From positions 1,267 through 65,266 of the forward strand of contig CAWIMA010000009.1 of NCBI GenBank assembly GCA_963837045.1: 64,000 bases of DNA, written 5' to 3'. The notes beneath the pieces are model-generated. The model made no database searches. It had not been told where the DNA came from and saw only the letters and a program-made list of their open reading frames with translations. Positions within the stretch are counted from its first letter, which is position 1. Each line of letters opens with the position of its first letter. Below, piece after piece: positions 8,302 through 17,173 of the stretch. This DNA comes from an uncultured Gammaproteobacteria bacterium (GTDB taxonomy: Bacteria > Pseudomonadota > Gammaproteobacteria > Steroidobacterales > Steroidobacteraceae). Position numbers and translations under genes: made by a program.

Positions 8302-9813
8302 ATGCTCAAAGCCCTATTCGGAGATCTCTCAGCCGCGCCAACCCACCACCCGTGGCCGCGTGTCACAGCGGATTCAGAGCGGTGGCGCGGCATCGGTGAG
8401 GCGCTGCGCGAAGGCAAGCTCGACTTGCTCGGCCTCTGGGCTGATTTGGCTTACGTGCATTGCGCCCTGTACGAGCCCGCGACTCGCAACGTAGTGAGCG
8501 CATCGATCAAGGTCAGCGCGGGCAGGGTCCCGTCGCTCGCAGTCTTTCATGCGCCCGCATCTCGCTTGGAGCGGGCGATCGGCGATTTGTTCGGCGTCGA
8601 ATTTGTCGGACTGCCCGATCCACGGCCGTGGATCGATCACGGATGCTGGCCTATCCATACGCCATTGGCTGAACTGCCGGGGCCGGGAGCGCCGTTGCCG
8701 CCCTACCGGTTTCTCGGGGCGCAAGGTCCGAGCCTGCATCAGATTCCGGTCGGTCCGGTGCATGCCGGGATCATCGAACCCGGTCATTTCCGCTTCACGG
8801 CGAGCGGCGAAACCGTTGTCCGACTCGAAGAGCGCCTCGGCTATACCCACAAGGGCATCGACAAACTGCTCGAGGACCAATCGATTGACCAAGCTGCACG
8901 AGTTGCGGCACGCGTGTCGGGGGACAGTACCGTGGCGTATTCGTTTGCCTTCGCTCGCGCCGTGGAGGCCGCTCTCGAAGTTAACCCGCCGCCGCGCGCG
9001 GTGTGGCTACGGGCGGTGATGGCCGAGCTCGAGCGAATCGCGAATCACTTAGGAGACGTCGGCGCCATTTGCAACGACGCTGCGTTCTCGATGATGCACG
9101 CGGAGTGCGCAATCCTGCGCGAAGTGGTATTGCGCGCCTGTGCCGTCGCGTTCGGCCATCGTCTGATGATGGACCGCATTGTCCCGGGCGGCGTCGCCGC
9201 GGATCTTGAACCTGCCGGACAGGAGGCAATCCTCGGCATGACGCGGCGGGTGCGGCGGCAATTCCCCGAGCTGATCGAACTCTACGACAACACGGCCTCA
9301 CTTCAGGACCGTACAGTCGGCACCGGTGTCGTGTCCACAGCGCTCGCTGCACAGTTTGCTGCGCCCGGATACGTCGGGCGCGCGTCCGGACGCGCATTTG
9401 ATGCCCGACTCGCCCTGCCCTACGCCCCGTATGACGCAGCGCCGATCGAAATCGCCGTGCGGACGGAAGGCGACGTCGATGCGCGCGTCTGGGTAAGGAT
9501 TCAGGAGATCCTAAAGAGCATCAGTTGGCTCGAGGCGGCGCTCGCCTCCATTCCACCCGGCCCTTTGCGTTTGCCGGTCAACACTGCGGCCGGTACAAGC
9601 GTCGAGGGCTCGGCTCTGGTCGAAGGGTTTCGGGGAGACATTCTTGGGTACGTGCGCATCGGCCCGAGAGGGCGCATCGATCGCTGCCACTTACGCGATC
9701 CGTCATGGTTTCTGTGGCCGCTCTTGGAAGCTGCCATCGAGGGCAACATCGTTGCGGACTTTCCGTTGTGCAACAAGTCATTCAATTGCTCCTATTCCGG
9801 GCATGATTTGTAG
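8302..9813 (+). CDS. Ehr cluster 1: fused NuoC-NuoD / HycE-like 'large subunit' lacking the NiFe cysteine ligands
   Basis: NuoC-like N-domain (RLERAIGDLFGVEFVGLPDPRPW) plus NuoD/HycE core (VGPVHAGIIEPGHFRF, ERLGYTHKGIDKLLE). RVSGDS (8911-8928) sits where RxCGxC is expected. The C-terminus is PLCNKSFNCSYSGHDL instead of DPCxxC. Confidence 0.9.
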   Translation: MLKALFGDLSAAPTHHPWPRVTADSERWRGIGEALREGKLDLLGLWADLAYVHCALYEPATRNVVSASIKVSAGRVPSLAVFHAPASRLERAIGDLFGVEFVGLPDPRPWIDHGCWPIHTPLAELPGPGAPLPPYRFLGAQGPSLHQIPVGPVHAGIIEPGHFRFTASGETVVRLEERLGYTHKGIDKLLEDQSIDQAARVAARVSGDSTVAYSFAFARAVEAALEVNPPPRAVWLRAVMAELERIANHLGDVGAICNDAAFSMMHAECAILREVVLRACAVAFGHRLMMDRIVPGGVAADLEPAGQEAILGMTRRVRRQFPELIELYDNTASLQDRTVGTGVVSTALAAQFAAPGYVGRASGRAFDARLALPYAPYDAAPIEIAVRTEGDVDARVWVRIQEILKSISWLEAALASIPPGPLRLPVNTAAGTSVEGSALVEGFRGDILGYVRIGPRGRIDRCHLRDPSWFLWPLLEAAIEGNIVADFPLCNKSFNCSYSGHDL

Positions 9814-9839
9814 TTGCGCTCACCCTCGGTAACCTCATC

Positions 9840-10379
9840 ATGCGCAGGCGCCTGTTCAAAAACCTCTTCACCACCCCATGTACCGAGCCCGTGACCGAGG
9901 GGGCAGCGCCGCTGGAGCTCGCGGGCGCGCAGCTTCGAGGCGTGATCGCGCGAAGCCTCGGTCGCAGTCTCGCGATCCGCGAGGTCGATGCGGGTTCCTG
10001 CAACGGCTGCGAGCTTGAAATTCACGCGCTCAGCAATGCCTTTTACGATGTCGAGCGCTTCGGAATCCGCTTCGTGGCCTCCCCGCGCCATGCCGATCTG
10101 CTGCTCGTGACCGGCCCTGTCACGCTCAACATGCGCGAGGCCCTGGAGCGCACCTATGCGGCAACGCCGGCGCCCAAGTGGGTGGTGGCGGTCGGAGACT
10201 GTGGTGCCGGCTGTGGGCTGTTCGCAGACAGCTATGCGTGCGTCGGCGCAGTCTCGAAAGTGATTCCAGTCGACCTCGTGATTCGCGGCTGCCCGCCCAC
10301 CCCTACGGACCTGCTACAGGGATTGCTCGAACTCCTCAACGGCGGCGCCGCGCTCAGCGTGAACACCCAGCACTCCTGA
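9840..10379 (+). CDS. Ehr cluster 1: NuoB/HycG-like small subunit with [4Fe-4S] ligands
   Basis: 179 aa: DAGSCNGCELEI, FVASPRHADLLLVTGPV, VAVGDCG, RGCPP. All four N2-type cluster cysteines are present. Confidence 0.9.
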   Translation: MRRRLFKNLFTTPCTEPVTEGAAPLELAGAQLRGVIARSLGRSLAIREVDAGSCNGCELEIHALSNAFYDVERFGIRFVASPRHADLLLVTGPVTLNMREALERTYAATPAPKWVVAVGDCGAGCGLFADSYACVGAVSKVIPVDLVIRGCPPTPTDLLQGLLELLNGGAALSVNTQHS

Positions 10380-10419
10380 GCGTCTACTGCCCGCTGCGCA
10401 ACCGCGACACGAAGGTTTC

Positions 10420-12204
10420 TCAATATTTTCGTGCCATAGGCGGAATCGTCTGCACATCGGCCGAGAGTGTTGCGAGATGAACCGGTCGATAGTCGAGCCG
10501 CACCGCGCCATGGCCATCCACCCACGCGAGGCTGTGTTTGAGCCAGGCCGCATCGTCACGGTTTGGAAAATCCTCGCGCGCGTGCGCGCCGCGACTCTCC
10601 TTTCGAGCGAGCGCCGAATGCATCGTGGCGATGGCTTGAAGTAGGAGATTTTCGAATTCCAGCGTCTCGATGAGATCGCTGTTCCAGATGAGTGAACGGT
10701 CTTGGACGCGGATATCCGGCAATAACTGCATCGTTCGGAAGAGCCTCGCCGCCCCTTCCGTGAGGGTGGAGGCCGTCCGGAACACGGCGGCATCGGACTG
10801 CATGATCTTCTGCATCTGCAGTCGCAGCTCCGCCGTCGGCCGCGTACCGCTGGCGTGACGCAAGCGATCGAGCCTCGAGATAGCAAGCTCTCCGGCATCT
10901 TTGGACAGCGGCGGCTGCGCCGCACCGGGCCGGATCGAGGCGACACACTGGCGCGCGGCCTCACGGCCGAAGACCACGATGTCAAGGAGCGAGTTGGACC
11001 CCAAGCGATTTGCGCCATGCACGGAGACGCAAGCCGCTTCACCCACTGCCATGAGTCCCGGCACGACCGCATCCGGATTGCCGTCCTTGGGGGCGATGAC
11101 CTCCCCGTGATAGTTGCAGGGGATGCCGCCCATATTGTAGTGCGCGGTGGGCAACACCGGAATCGGTTCGCGCGCGACATCGACTCCGGCAAAAATCCGC
11201 GAGGACTCGGCTATACCGGGCAGGCGCTCACGAATCACCTGCGGCCCGAGATGTTCGAGATGCAGATGCATGTGATCCTTCTGCGGGCCGACACCGCGCC
11301 CCTCGCGAATCTCAATCGTCATCGCACGGCTGACGACATCGCGCGAGGCCAAGTCCTTCGCATTCGGCGCGTAACGTTCCATGAACCGTTCACCGCTTGC
11401 ATTGGTCAGAAACCCGCCCTCGCCGCGCACGCCTTCGGTGATCAGGCATCCGGCGCCGTAGATGCCGGTGGGATGAAACTGTACGAACTCCATGTCCTGC
11501 AACGGCAAGCCTGCACGCAGTACCATGCCGCCACCGTCACCGGTGCATGTGTGCGCCGAGGTGCACGAGAAATAGGTCCGTCCGTAGCCGCCGGTCGCGA
11601 GGATTGTCGTGTGCGCACGGAAGCGGTGGAGCCGGCCTTCGGTCATGTCGAGCGCCACCACGCCGCGGCACGCGCCGTTTTCCATGATGAGATCGATCGC
11701 GAAGTACTCGACAAAGAAGATCGCACGATGTTGGATTGCCTGCTGATACAGGGTGTGCAGCATGGCATGGCCGGTGCGGTCGGCCGCGGCACATGTGCGC
11801 TGCGCCACCCCCTTGCCGAAGTGCGTGGTCATGCCACCGAAGGGACGCTGATAGATGCGTCCATCCTCCGTGCGGGAGAACGGCACGCCGTAGTGTTCGA
11901 GCTCGATGACCGCGCTCGGAGCCTCCTTGCACATGAACTCGATGGCATCCTGATCGCCGAGCCAGTCGGAGCCCTTGATCGTGTCGTAGAAATGAAAGCG
12001 CCAGTCATCCTCCCCCATGTTACCGAGAGCTGCGCTGATCCCGCCCTGTGCCGCGACGGTGTGGCTGCGCGTCGGAAATACTTTGCTGAGACAGGCGGTC
12101 GCGAGGCCTGCTTCCGCAAGCCCAAGCGTGGCGCGCAGGCCCGCTCCCCCCGCCCCTACGACAATTACGTCGTACGTGTGATCGGCTATCGGATAGGCGC
12201 TCAT
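10420..12204 (-). CDS. sdhA: Succinate dehydrogenase flavoprotein subunit
   Basis: 594 aa, full length: [32 protein letters not shown] (covalent-FAD His), ...PPMARKY end. No sdhB follows; the next gene is 40 bp away and convergent. Confidence 0.95.
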   Translation of the reverse strand: MSAYPIADHTYDVIVVGAGGAGLRATLGLAEAGLATACLSKVFPTRSHTVAAQGGISAALGNMGEDDWRFHFYDTIKGSDWLGDQDAIEFMCKEAPSAVIELEHYGVPFSRTEDGRIYQRPFGGMTTHFGKGVAQRTCAAADRTGHAMLHTLYQQAIQHRAIFFVEYFAIDLIMENGACRGVVALDMTEGRLHRFRAHTTILATGGYGRTYFSCTSAHTCTGDGGGMVLRAGLPLQDMEFVQFHPTGIYGAGCLITEGVRGEGGFLTNASGERFMERYAPNAKDLASRDVVSRAMTIEIREGRGVGPQKDHMHLHLEHLGPQVIRERLPGIAESSRIFAGVDVAREPIPVLPTAHYNMGGIPCNYHGEVIAPKDGNPDAVVPGLMAVGEAACVSVHGANRLGSNSLLDIVVFGREAARQCVASIRPGAAQPPLSKDAGELAISRLDRLRHASGTRPTAELRLQMQKIMQSDAAVFRTASTLTEGAARLFRTMQLLPDIRVQDRSLIWNSDLIETLEFENLLLQAIATMHSALARKESRGAHAREDFPNRDDAAWLKHSLAWVDGHGAVRLDYRPVHLATLSADVQTIPPMARKY

Positions 12205-12625
12205 GCCAAAGCTCCGAACGCTACTTCCAAGACGGCGAACACGGCCGCCGCGGCCACGAGCACATGTACAAAGCCCAGCAGGAGCAGTAAGCCGATCCGC
12301 GCGAGAGGGTCATGCAGGTAGTCTTCCACCACCACGCGAAGCCCCAAATAGGAGTGTTGCGCGACGGCGAGGATGAGCACAACGAGCGGCACCGCATTCC
12401 AGCCACGACTCATCCACTCCCGCACCATCGCGTAATTGATCGATGAGAATCGACAACAAAGACACGACAAACCACACCCCGGGCAATCGCCGTAATCCAA
12501 TAGGCGAGCAGGAGAAAGCCGCCGGATAGGATGATTCCGCTCGCCCGATGCAGGATCGATAGCGTGTTCGTGTACTGCCACCGGTAGTGAAGATACGGTG
12601 ATAGCGGTCTTGAGGGTCCAAGCAT
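12201..12625 (-). pseudogene. sdhC 5' stump joined out of frame to sdhD 3' part (deleted membrane-anchor genes)
   Basis: 12476-12625 encodes MLGPSRPLSPYLHYRWQYTNTLSILHRASGIILSGGFLLLAYWITAIARG (SdhC N-terminus). 12201-12428, in another frame, encodes ..[46 protein letters not shown] (SdhD C-terminus). Together they span about 140 codons, where two genes of about 125 codons each are expected. Confidence 0.65.
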
Positions 12626-12631
12626 GTGACT

Positions 12632-13198
12632 TCACTCCTTAAACAGGCTGCGAGTAGCGAGCCTAAATCGGAATTCCGCTGATCCCGACGAGCGCAGCAC
12701 AAAGAGAGCCGCTTTGCCTTCGATTAAGGGTAGCCCCGCGCGTGGCCCGATGTTTCCGAGTCGCAGAATGGCCGACCCATCGGTCACGATCGCCACCGCC
12801 CGACCGAGGTAGGTGAAATCGAACACCTTCTCCGGGGCCGCACGGATCGCCAGACACACGCGCGCTACCCCCGGGGTATAGATGTCGCGCAGAATCTGCT
12901 GTGTAGAGATCGCAACGCGCGAGCGCATCTCGATTTTGCCGCCGCGGTGATGATCGAAGGCGCGATCCGACCACCCAATGAAGCGCGCCGTCGGCAGCGC
13001 GTTTAACCGATCGACGAGCCCCGCATGCGCCGCGGTGTCGATCTCAACGGTGATCTCCCACAGGGTGCGGTCCTGGTCGCGCCGCACGCTACTCACGTGT
13101 TCGAGAACGAGTCCGGCCTCTGCGATCACATTGAGCACGCTCGCCAGAGCGCCCGGGGAATGCGGCGTCTCGACCTTCAGAATCTCGGGAATCTTCAC
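12632..13198 (-). pseudogene. 3'-truncated ACT-domain malic enzyme gene
   Basis: ACT-like N-terminus followed by the malic-enzyme N-domain: DIYTPGVARVCLAI, VAIVTDGSAILRLGNIGPRAGLPLIEGKAALF. Similarity stops there, the ORF ends about 20 codons later, and the NAD-binding half is missing. Confidence 0.7.
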
Positions 13199-13210
13199 CG
13201 GGGTCGCGCG

Positions 13211-13441
13211 TCACGCGCGTCCGCCACGCCGTACCCCGCCCCGGACCGCCGGCTTCGACGCTTGGTCGGGGGGTGTCCAGGGCTGCCCGGTCCGCTCCTC
13301 GATATAGCGGCGAATCAAGCGCCGCACCACCTGGGAGGGGGTGGCGTCCTCTTCCGCACACAAGCGTTCGAACAACGCCTTTTTGCGCGGATCGACGAGG
13401 ATCGTCAGTCGTGCGGTCCGATCTTCGAGTGCCACGGCCAT
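13211..13441 (-). CDS. Ribbon-helix-helix (CopG-like) transcriptional regulator, copy 2
   Basis: 76 aa: RLTILVDPRKKALFERLCAEEDATPSQVVRRLIRRYIE. About four-fifths identical by eye to copy 1 over the 52-aa core. Divergent from Ehr cluster 2. Confidence 0.8.
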   Translation of the reverse strand: MAVALEDRTARLTILVDPRKKALFERLCAEEDATPSQVVRRLIRRYIEERTGQPWTPPDQASKPAVRGGVRRGGRA

Positions 13442-13455
13442 CCTTAAGAGCTAGC

Positions 13456-13470
13456 GACAGGGTACCTGTC
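13456..13470. promoter_or_regulatory. Inverted repeat GACAG-GGTAC-CTGTC in the RHH2/Ehr2 divergent promoter region
   Basis: 5-bp arms around a GTAC-containing centre, 15 bp from the RHH2 start and 43 bp from the hyfB-like start. Candidate operator only; it does not resemble the copy-1 repeat. Confidence 0.2.
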
Positions 13471-13512
13471 TGTCATTATAATCGAACACGAATCCGCATA
13501 ACACCCATTGTG

Positions 13513-15516
13513 ATGCCACTTATCCATTCATCGCTCAGCGCGTGCCTCGTGCTGATCGCTCTCTGGGGCCTCCTCGGCCTCGCCGGACTTCTGCGCCCCA
13601 TGAGCGTGGGTTTTGTGGGGCGGACGCTCTTTCCGCTGGGGGCCCTGTGTGGCGCGGCCCTTGCGATCGTGGCGGCCGTGAGCCTCGCGGCACCTGCCGA
13701 GCAGCTGACGCTTACCGTCGGACTGCCCGACCTGCCGATGCACATGCGGCGCGATGCGCTGACGAGCCTCTTTCTTCTTTTGCTCGGGGCCGCTTCGGCG
13801 GGCATCTCGGTCTTCGCTGCGGGGTACTTTCGACGTGGTCACGGCACCGCGCCCGGCCTGTTATGCCTGCAATACCATGTATTCCTGGCCAGCATGGGTT
13901 TGGTGCTGCTGGCCAATGATGCCTACGCGTTCATGGTGGCGTGGGAAACGATGGCGCTCTCGTCCTACTTTCTGGTCACCACGCAACACGGTCTCGCGGA
14001 GATCCGTCGCGCGGGCTTTCTCTATCTGCTGATCGCGCACGTCGGGGCGATCGCAATCCTGTTGAGCTTCGGCGTGATGCAGGGTGGCAGTTGGCAGTTC
14101 ACCTTCGATGCCATGCGCGGCGCGCACCTTGCGCCACAATGGGCGGCGACCGCCTTCCTGCTCGCACTCTTCGGCTTCGGGGCGAAAGCCGGGCTCGTGC
14201 CCCTGCACGTGTGGCTACCTGAGGCGCACCCGGCCGCCCCCTCGCCCGTTTCGGCGCTCATGAGCGGTGTGATGCTGAAAACCGCCGTCTACGGCGTGCT
14301 GCGCGTGACCTTCGATCTGCTGGGGCATGCCCAATGGTGGTGGGGCCTCGTGCCGCTCGCCTTCGGGCTTTTCAGCGCGCTGTACGGAGTGGTATTCGCC
14401 GCGGCCCAAACCGACATGAAACGACTGCTCGCGTACTCTTCGATCGAGAACATGGGCATCATCTTCACCGGCTTCGGGCTTGCGATCGTATTCCTCGGCG
14501 TCGGCATGCCCTCCCTCGGAGCGCTCGCCCTGATCGCGCTGCTGTATCACAGCCTCAATCACGCGTTCATGAAGAGCTTGCTGTTTCTCGGTACCGGGGC
14601 GGTTTTGCATTCGACCGGTGAACGCAACCTCGGGCGCCTGGGCGGACTGATCCATCGGATGCCGTGGGTCGCGTGGCTGACCCTCATCGGTGCGCTCGCC
14701 ATGGCCGGGCTCCCGCCACTGAACGGTTTCGTCTCCGAGTGGCTCCTTCTACAGTCGTTTCTCTTTTCGAACGAAGTGCCCCGGCCTTTCATCAACATGC
14801 TGCTTCCCTTGGGCGCGGCGCTTATCGCACTCGCCGCCGCGCTCGCCGCCTATGTCATGGTCAAGTTCTTTGGAGTCATCTTCCTGGGCCAGCCGCGCGA
14901 GGAGAGCTTGAACCGCGCGCACGATGCGGGCGTGCTCGAGCGCATCGGCCTTATCTGGCTCGCGCTCGGCTGCTTCGCATTGGGCCTCCTGCCGACGCAT
15001 GTGATCGGCGCGCTGCGCAGCGTGGTCGAGCAATTGAGTGGCGCCGAACTGCCGAGCGCGCACGCTCCCTGGTGGCTCCTCGTACCGTTGCCGGAACGGC
15101 GCGCCTCCTATTCCCCGCTCGTCTTCTTCCTTGCGATCGCCGCAGTCGTCGTGGTCACGATGTTCGCCGTGCGGCTCTTCTATCACCGTCGGGTGCGTCG
15201 CGCGCCGCCGTGGGATTGCGGATTCGGAGGCTTAAATTCGCGGATGCAGGACAGCGCGGAAGGCTTCGGTCAGCCGATTCGCCACATTTTCGGGTCTTTC
15301 TTTGCGATGAAGCGCGAACTGCCCTCCCCGTTTGATCACGCACCGCGCTACCGTGTCACGGCAGGGGACCGGATCTGGCTGGCGCTGTACCTGCCGCTTG
15401 GCACCCTCGTGCGGCGCGTGGCGGATACCGTCGTGTGGTTGCAGCAGGGGCGCATCTCCACCTACCTGCTCTACAGTTTCGTGACCCTCGTTGTGTTGCT
15501 GGCGCTCGTCGTATGA
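13513..15516 (+). CDS. Ehr cluster 2: HyfB/NuoL-like membrane subunit
   Basis: MPLIHSSLSACLVLIAL...; WETMALSSYFLV, GAKAGLVPLHVWLPEAHPAAPSPVSALMSGVMLKTA, RLLAYSSIENMGII. Track ORF 13273..15516 trimmed to ATG 13513. Confidence 0.9.
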   Translation: MPLIHSSLSACLVLIALWGLLGLAGLLRPMSVGFVGRTLFPLGALCGAALAIVAAVSLAAPAEQLTLTVGLPDLPMHMRRDALTSLFLLLLGAASAGISVFAAGYFRRGHGTAPGLLCLQYHVFLASMGLVLLANDAYAFMVAWETMALSSYFLVTTQHGLAEIRRAGFLYLLIAHVGAIAILLSFGVMQGGSWQFTFDAMRGAHLAPQWAATAFLLALFGFGAKAGLVPLHVWLPEAHPAAPSPVSALMSGVMLKTAVYGVLRVTFDLLGHAQWWWGLVPLAFGLFSALYGVVFAAAQTDMKRLLAYSSIENMGIIFTGFGLAIVFLGVGMPSLGALALIALLYHSLNHAFMKSLLFLGTGAVLHSTGERNLGRLGGLIHRMPWVAWLTLIGALAMAGLPPLNGFVSEWLLLQSFLFSNEVPRPFINMLLPLGAALIALAAALAAYVMVKFFGVIFLGQPREESLNRAHDAGVLERIGLIWLALGCFALGLLPTHVIGALRSVVEQLSGAELPSAHAPWWLLVPLPERRASYSPLVFFLAIAAVVVVTMFAVRLFYHRRVRRAPPWDCGFGGLNSRMQDSAEGFGQPIRHIFGSFFAMKRELPSPFDHAPRYRVTAGDRIWLALYLPLGTLVRRVADTVVWLQQGRISTYLLYSFVTLVVLLALVV

Positions 15517-16463
15517 AGCCAATCGAGATTATCACCCAGGTGCTCGAGCTGATCGCGGCGCTCGCCGCGGCGCCACTCTTTCTCGGCTGGATCAACCAGT
15601 GTCGCGCGCAACTGCAAAACCGTCGCCCACCGAGCCTGTGGCTGCCCTACCGAGGCATTCGCAAACTCTTTCATAAGGATGCCGTGATCGCCGAACGCGC
15701 ATCCCCCCTGTTTCGCGTGGCGCCCTACATCGTGTTCAGCGCGATGGTCCTCGCCGCCGCGATCATTCCCTCGATGGGCACGGAGCTGCCATTCACCAAG
15801 GCGGCGGATGCAATCGCGCTCGTGGGGCTGCTCGCCACGGCACGAGTCTTTTTATCGCTCGCAGCGATGGACATCGGCACCGCCTTCGGCACGCTCGGAG
15901 CGCGCCGCGAGATGATGGTGGGATTCCTCGCCGAGCCCGCCCTGCTGATGGTTATCTTCGTCGCCTCCCTCATTTCGGCAACCACCGCGCTGCCCGCCAT
16001 CACCGAGAATCTGGCTACGCAGCATCTGGGGATCTATCCGAGTCTCGCCTTCACGGCGGTCGCCTTCACGATGGTGTTGCTCGCCGAAAATGCGCGCATT
16101 CCCATCGACAATCCGGCGACGCATCTCGAACTCACGATGATTCATGAGGCCATGATGCTCGAGTACTCGGCACGCCACCTTGCGCTCATGGAGTGGGCGG
16201 CCGCTCTCAAGCTCTTCAACTACGCGTGCATCGGGTTTGCGCTCTTTATCCCATGGGGAGTCTCGACCGGCGAGGGCGGTCCTCTCGCACTTCTCGCCTC
16301 GATTCCGCTGCTCGCCCTGAAGCTTGCGGTGGCCGGAGTCGCCCTCGCCCTGATCGAGACGCTCTCGGCGAAGCTGCGGGTGTTTCGTGCACCGGAGTTT
16401 CTCGCCGTTGCGTTCCTATTTGCGGTGCTGGGCCTGCTCGTGCACCTGCTATTGGCAGCTTAG
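15513..16463 (+). CDS. Ehr cluster 2: HyfC/HycD/NuoH-like membrane subunit
   Basis: ENARIPIDNPATHLELTMIHEAMMLEYSARH. ATGA overlap with the upstream gene. Same length class as copy 1. Confidence 0.9.
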   Translation: MKPIEIITQVLELIAALAAAPLFLGWINQCRAQLQNRRPPSLWLPYRGIRKLFHKDAVIAERASPLFRVAPYIVFSAMVLAAAIIPSMGTELPFTKAADAIALVGLLATARVFLSLAAMDIGTAFGTLGARREMMVGFLAEPALLMVIFVASLISATTALPAITENLATQHLGIYPSLAFTAVAFTMVLLAENARIPIDNPATHLELTMIHEAMMLEYSARHLALMEWAAALKLFNYACIGFALFIPWGVSTGEGGPLALLASIPLLALKLAVAGVALALIETLSAKLRVFRAPEFLAVAFLFAVLGLLVHLLLAA

Positions 16464-16468
16464 AAGCG

Positions 16469-17173
16469 ATGGCCGGCGTCCCCTTCGATCTGCAACTGCT
16501 GAACCTCTGTGCGGCGCTGCTCCTGTTGCTTTCCTTTGCGATGCTCGCGCAGCGGCGCATCGTGAACCTGGTGAACCTCCTCGCCGTACAGGGCACGGTG
16601 CTCCTGGTCGCCACACTTCTGCTCGCGTGGCGCACCGGCCAGCATCATCTTTATGTGTCTGCGGCGCTCACCCTCGCGCTCAAGGTGGTACTGCTGCCCT
16701 GGATTTTGCACCGGCTCATTCGCCGCCTGCAGGTCTATTGGGATACCGAGCCGCTGCTCAACATCCCGGGCACCATGCTCGTGGGCGTCCTGGTCGTCGT
16801 GTTCGCCTTTGGCCTGGCGCAGCCGATCTCAGCGCTAGCCAGTACCGCGACGCGCAACTCGATCGGCATCGCGGTCGCTGTGGTGCTGCTGTCATTCGTC
16901 ACAATGATCACGCGGCGCAAGGCGATGTCGCAGGTGGTTGGATTTCTCTCGATGGAGAACGGGCTTTTTTTTGGGGCCATGAGCGCCACCTACGGCATGC
17001 CGATGATCGTCGAGTTCGGGGTGGCGCTCGATGTCCTAGTCGCCGTGCTGGTACTCGGCATTTTCTTCTTCCAGATCCGCGAGCAGTTCGACAGTCTGGA
17101 TCTGCATCATCTCGAGTCGCTCAAAGAGAGCCATTCACTCGAGGAAACTCAGTCCCTCGAGGAGGATGATTAA
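16469..17173 (+). CDS. Ehr cluster 2: HyfE/HycP-like small membrane subunit with acidic tail
   Basis: VVGFLSMENGLFFGAM motif. An extra C-terminal HHLESLKESHSLEETQSLEEDD is absent from copy 1. Confidence 0.8.
   Translation: MAGVPFDLQLLNLCAALLLLLSFAMLAQRRIVNLVNLLAVQGTVLLVATLLLAWRTGQHHLYVSAALTLALKVVLLPWILHRLIRRLQVYWDTEPLLNIPGTMLVGVLVVVFAFGLAQPISALASTATRNSIGIAVAVVLLSFVTMITRRKAMSQVVGFLSMENGLFFGAMSATYGMPMIVEFGVALDVLVAVLVLGIFFFQIREQFDSLDLHHLESLKESHSLEETQSLEEDD

Noticed and set aside
9763-9813. The two cysteines in the C-terminal motif of Ehr large subunit 1 as surviving NiFe ligands.
   Set aside because: The spacing is C-x6-C rather than C-x2-C. The N-terminal ligand pair is Ser/Ser, and the paralog has Ile and Leu at the same positions. 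A conventional NiFe site is therefore not supported.
10855-12321. 488-aa plus-strand ORF across the sdhA region. Similar long antisense or overlapping ORFs occur at 45197..46627, 19246..20469, 37842..38828, 17526..18230, 59030..59953, 10314..11192 and 41099..42298.
   Set aside because: Each lies opposite to, or out of frame with, a confidently recognised gene (sdhA, nirK, the Ehr large subunit, narG, the hyfF-like gene, psiE/nsrR, narJ/narI). All have Arg/Pro/His-rich, low-complexity translations.
12201-12635. 144-aa ORF as a complete, unusually small SdhD or single membrane anchor.
   Set aside because: Only its C-terminal ~75 aa resemble SdhD. The N-terminal half is Cys/Pro/Arg-rich and non-membranous, and the SdhC-like segment is in a different frame.
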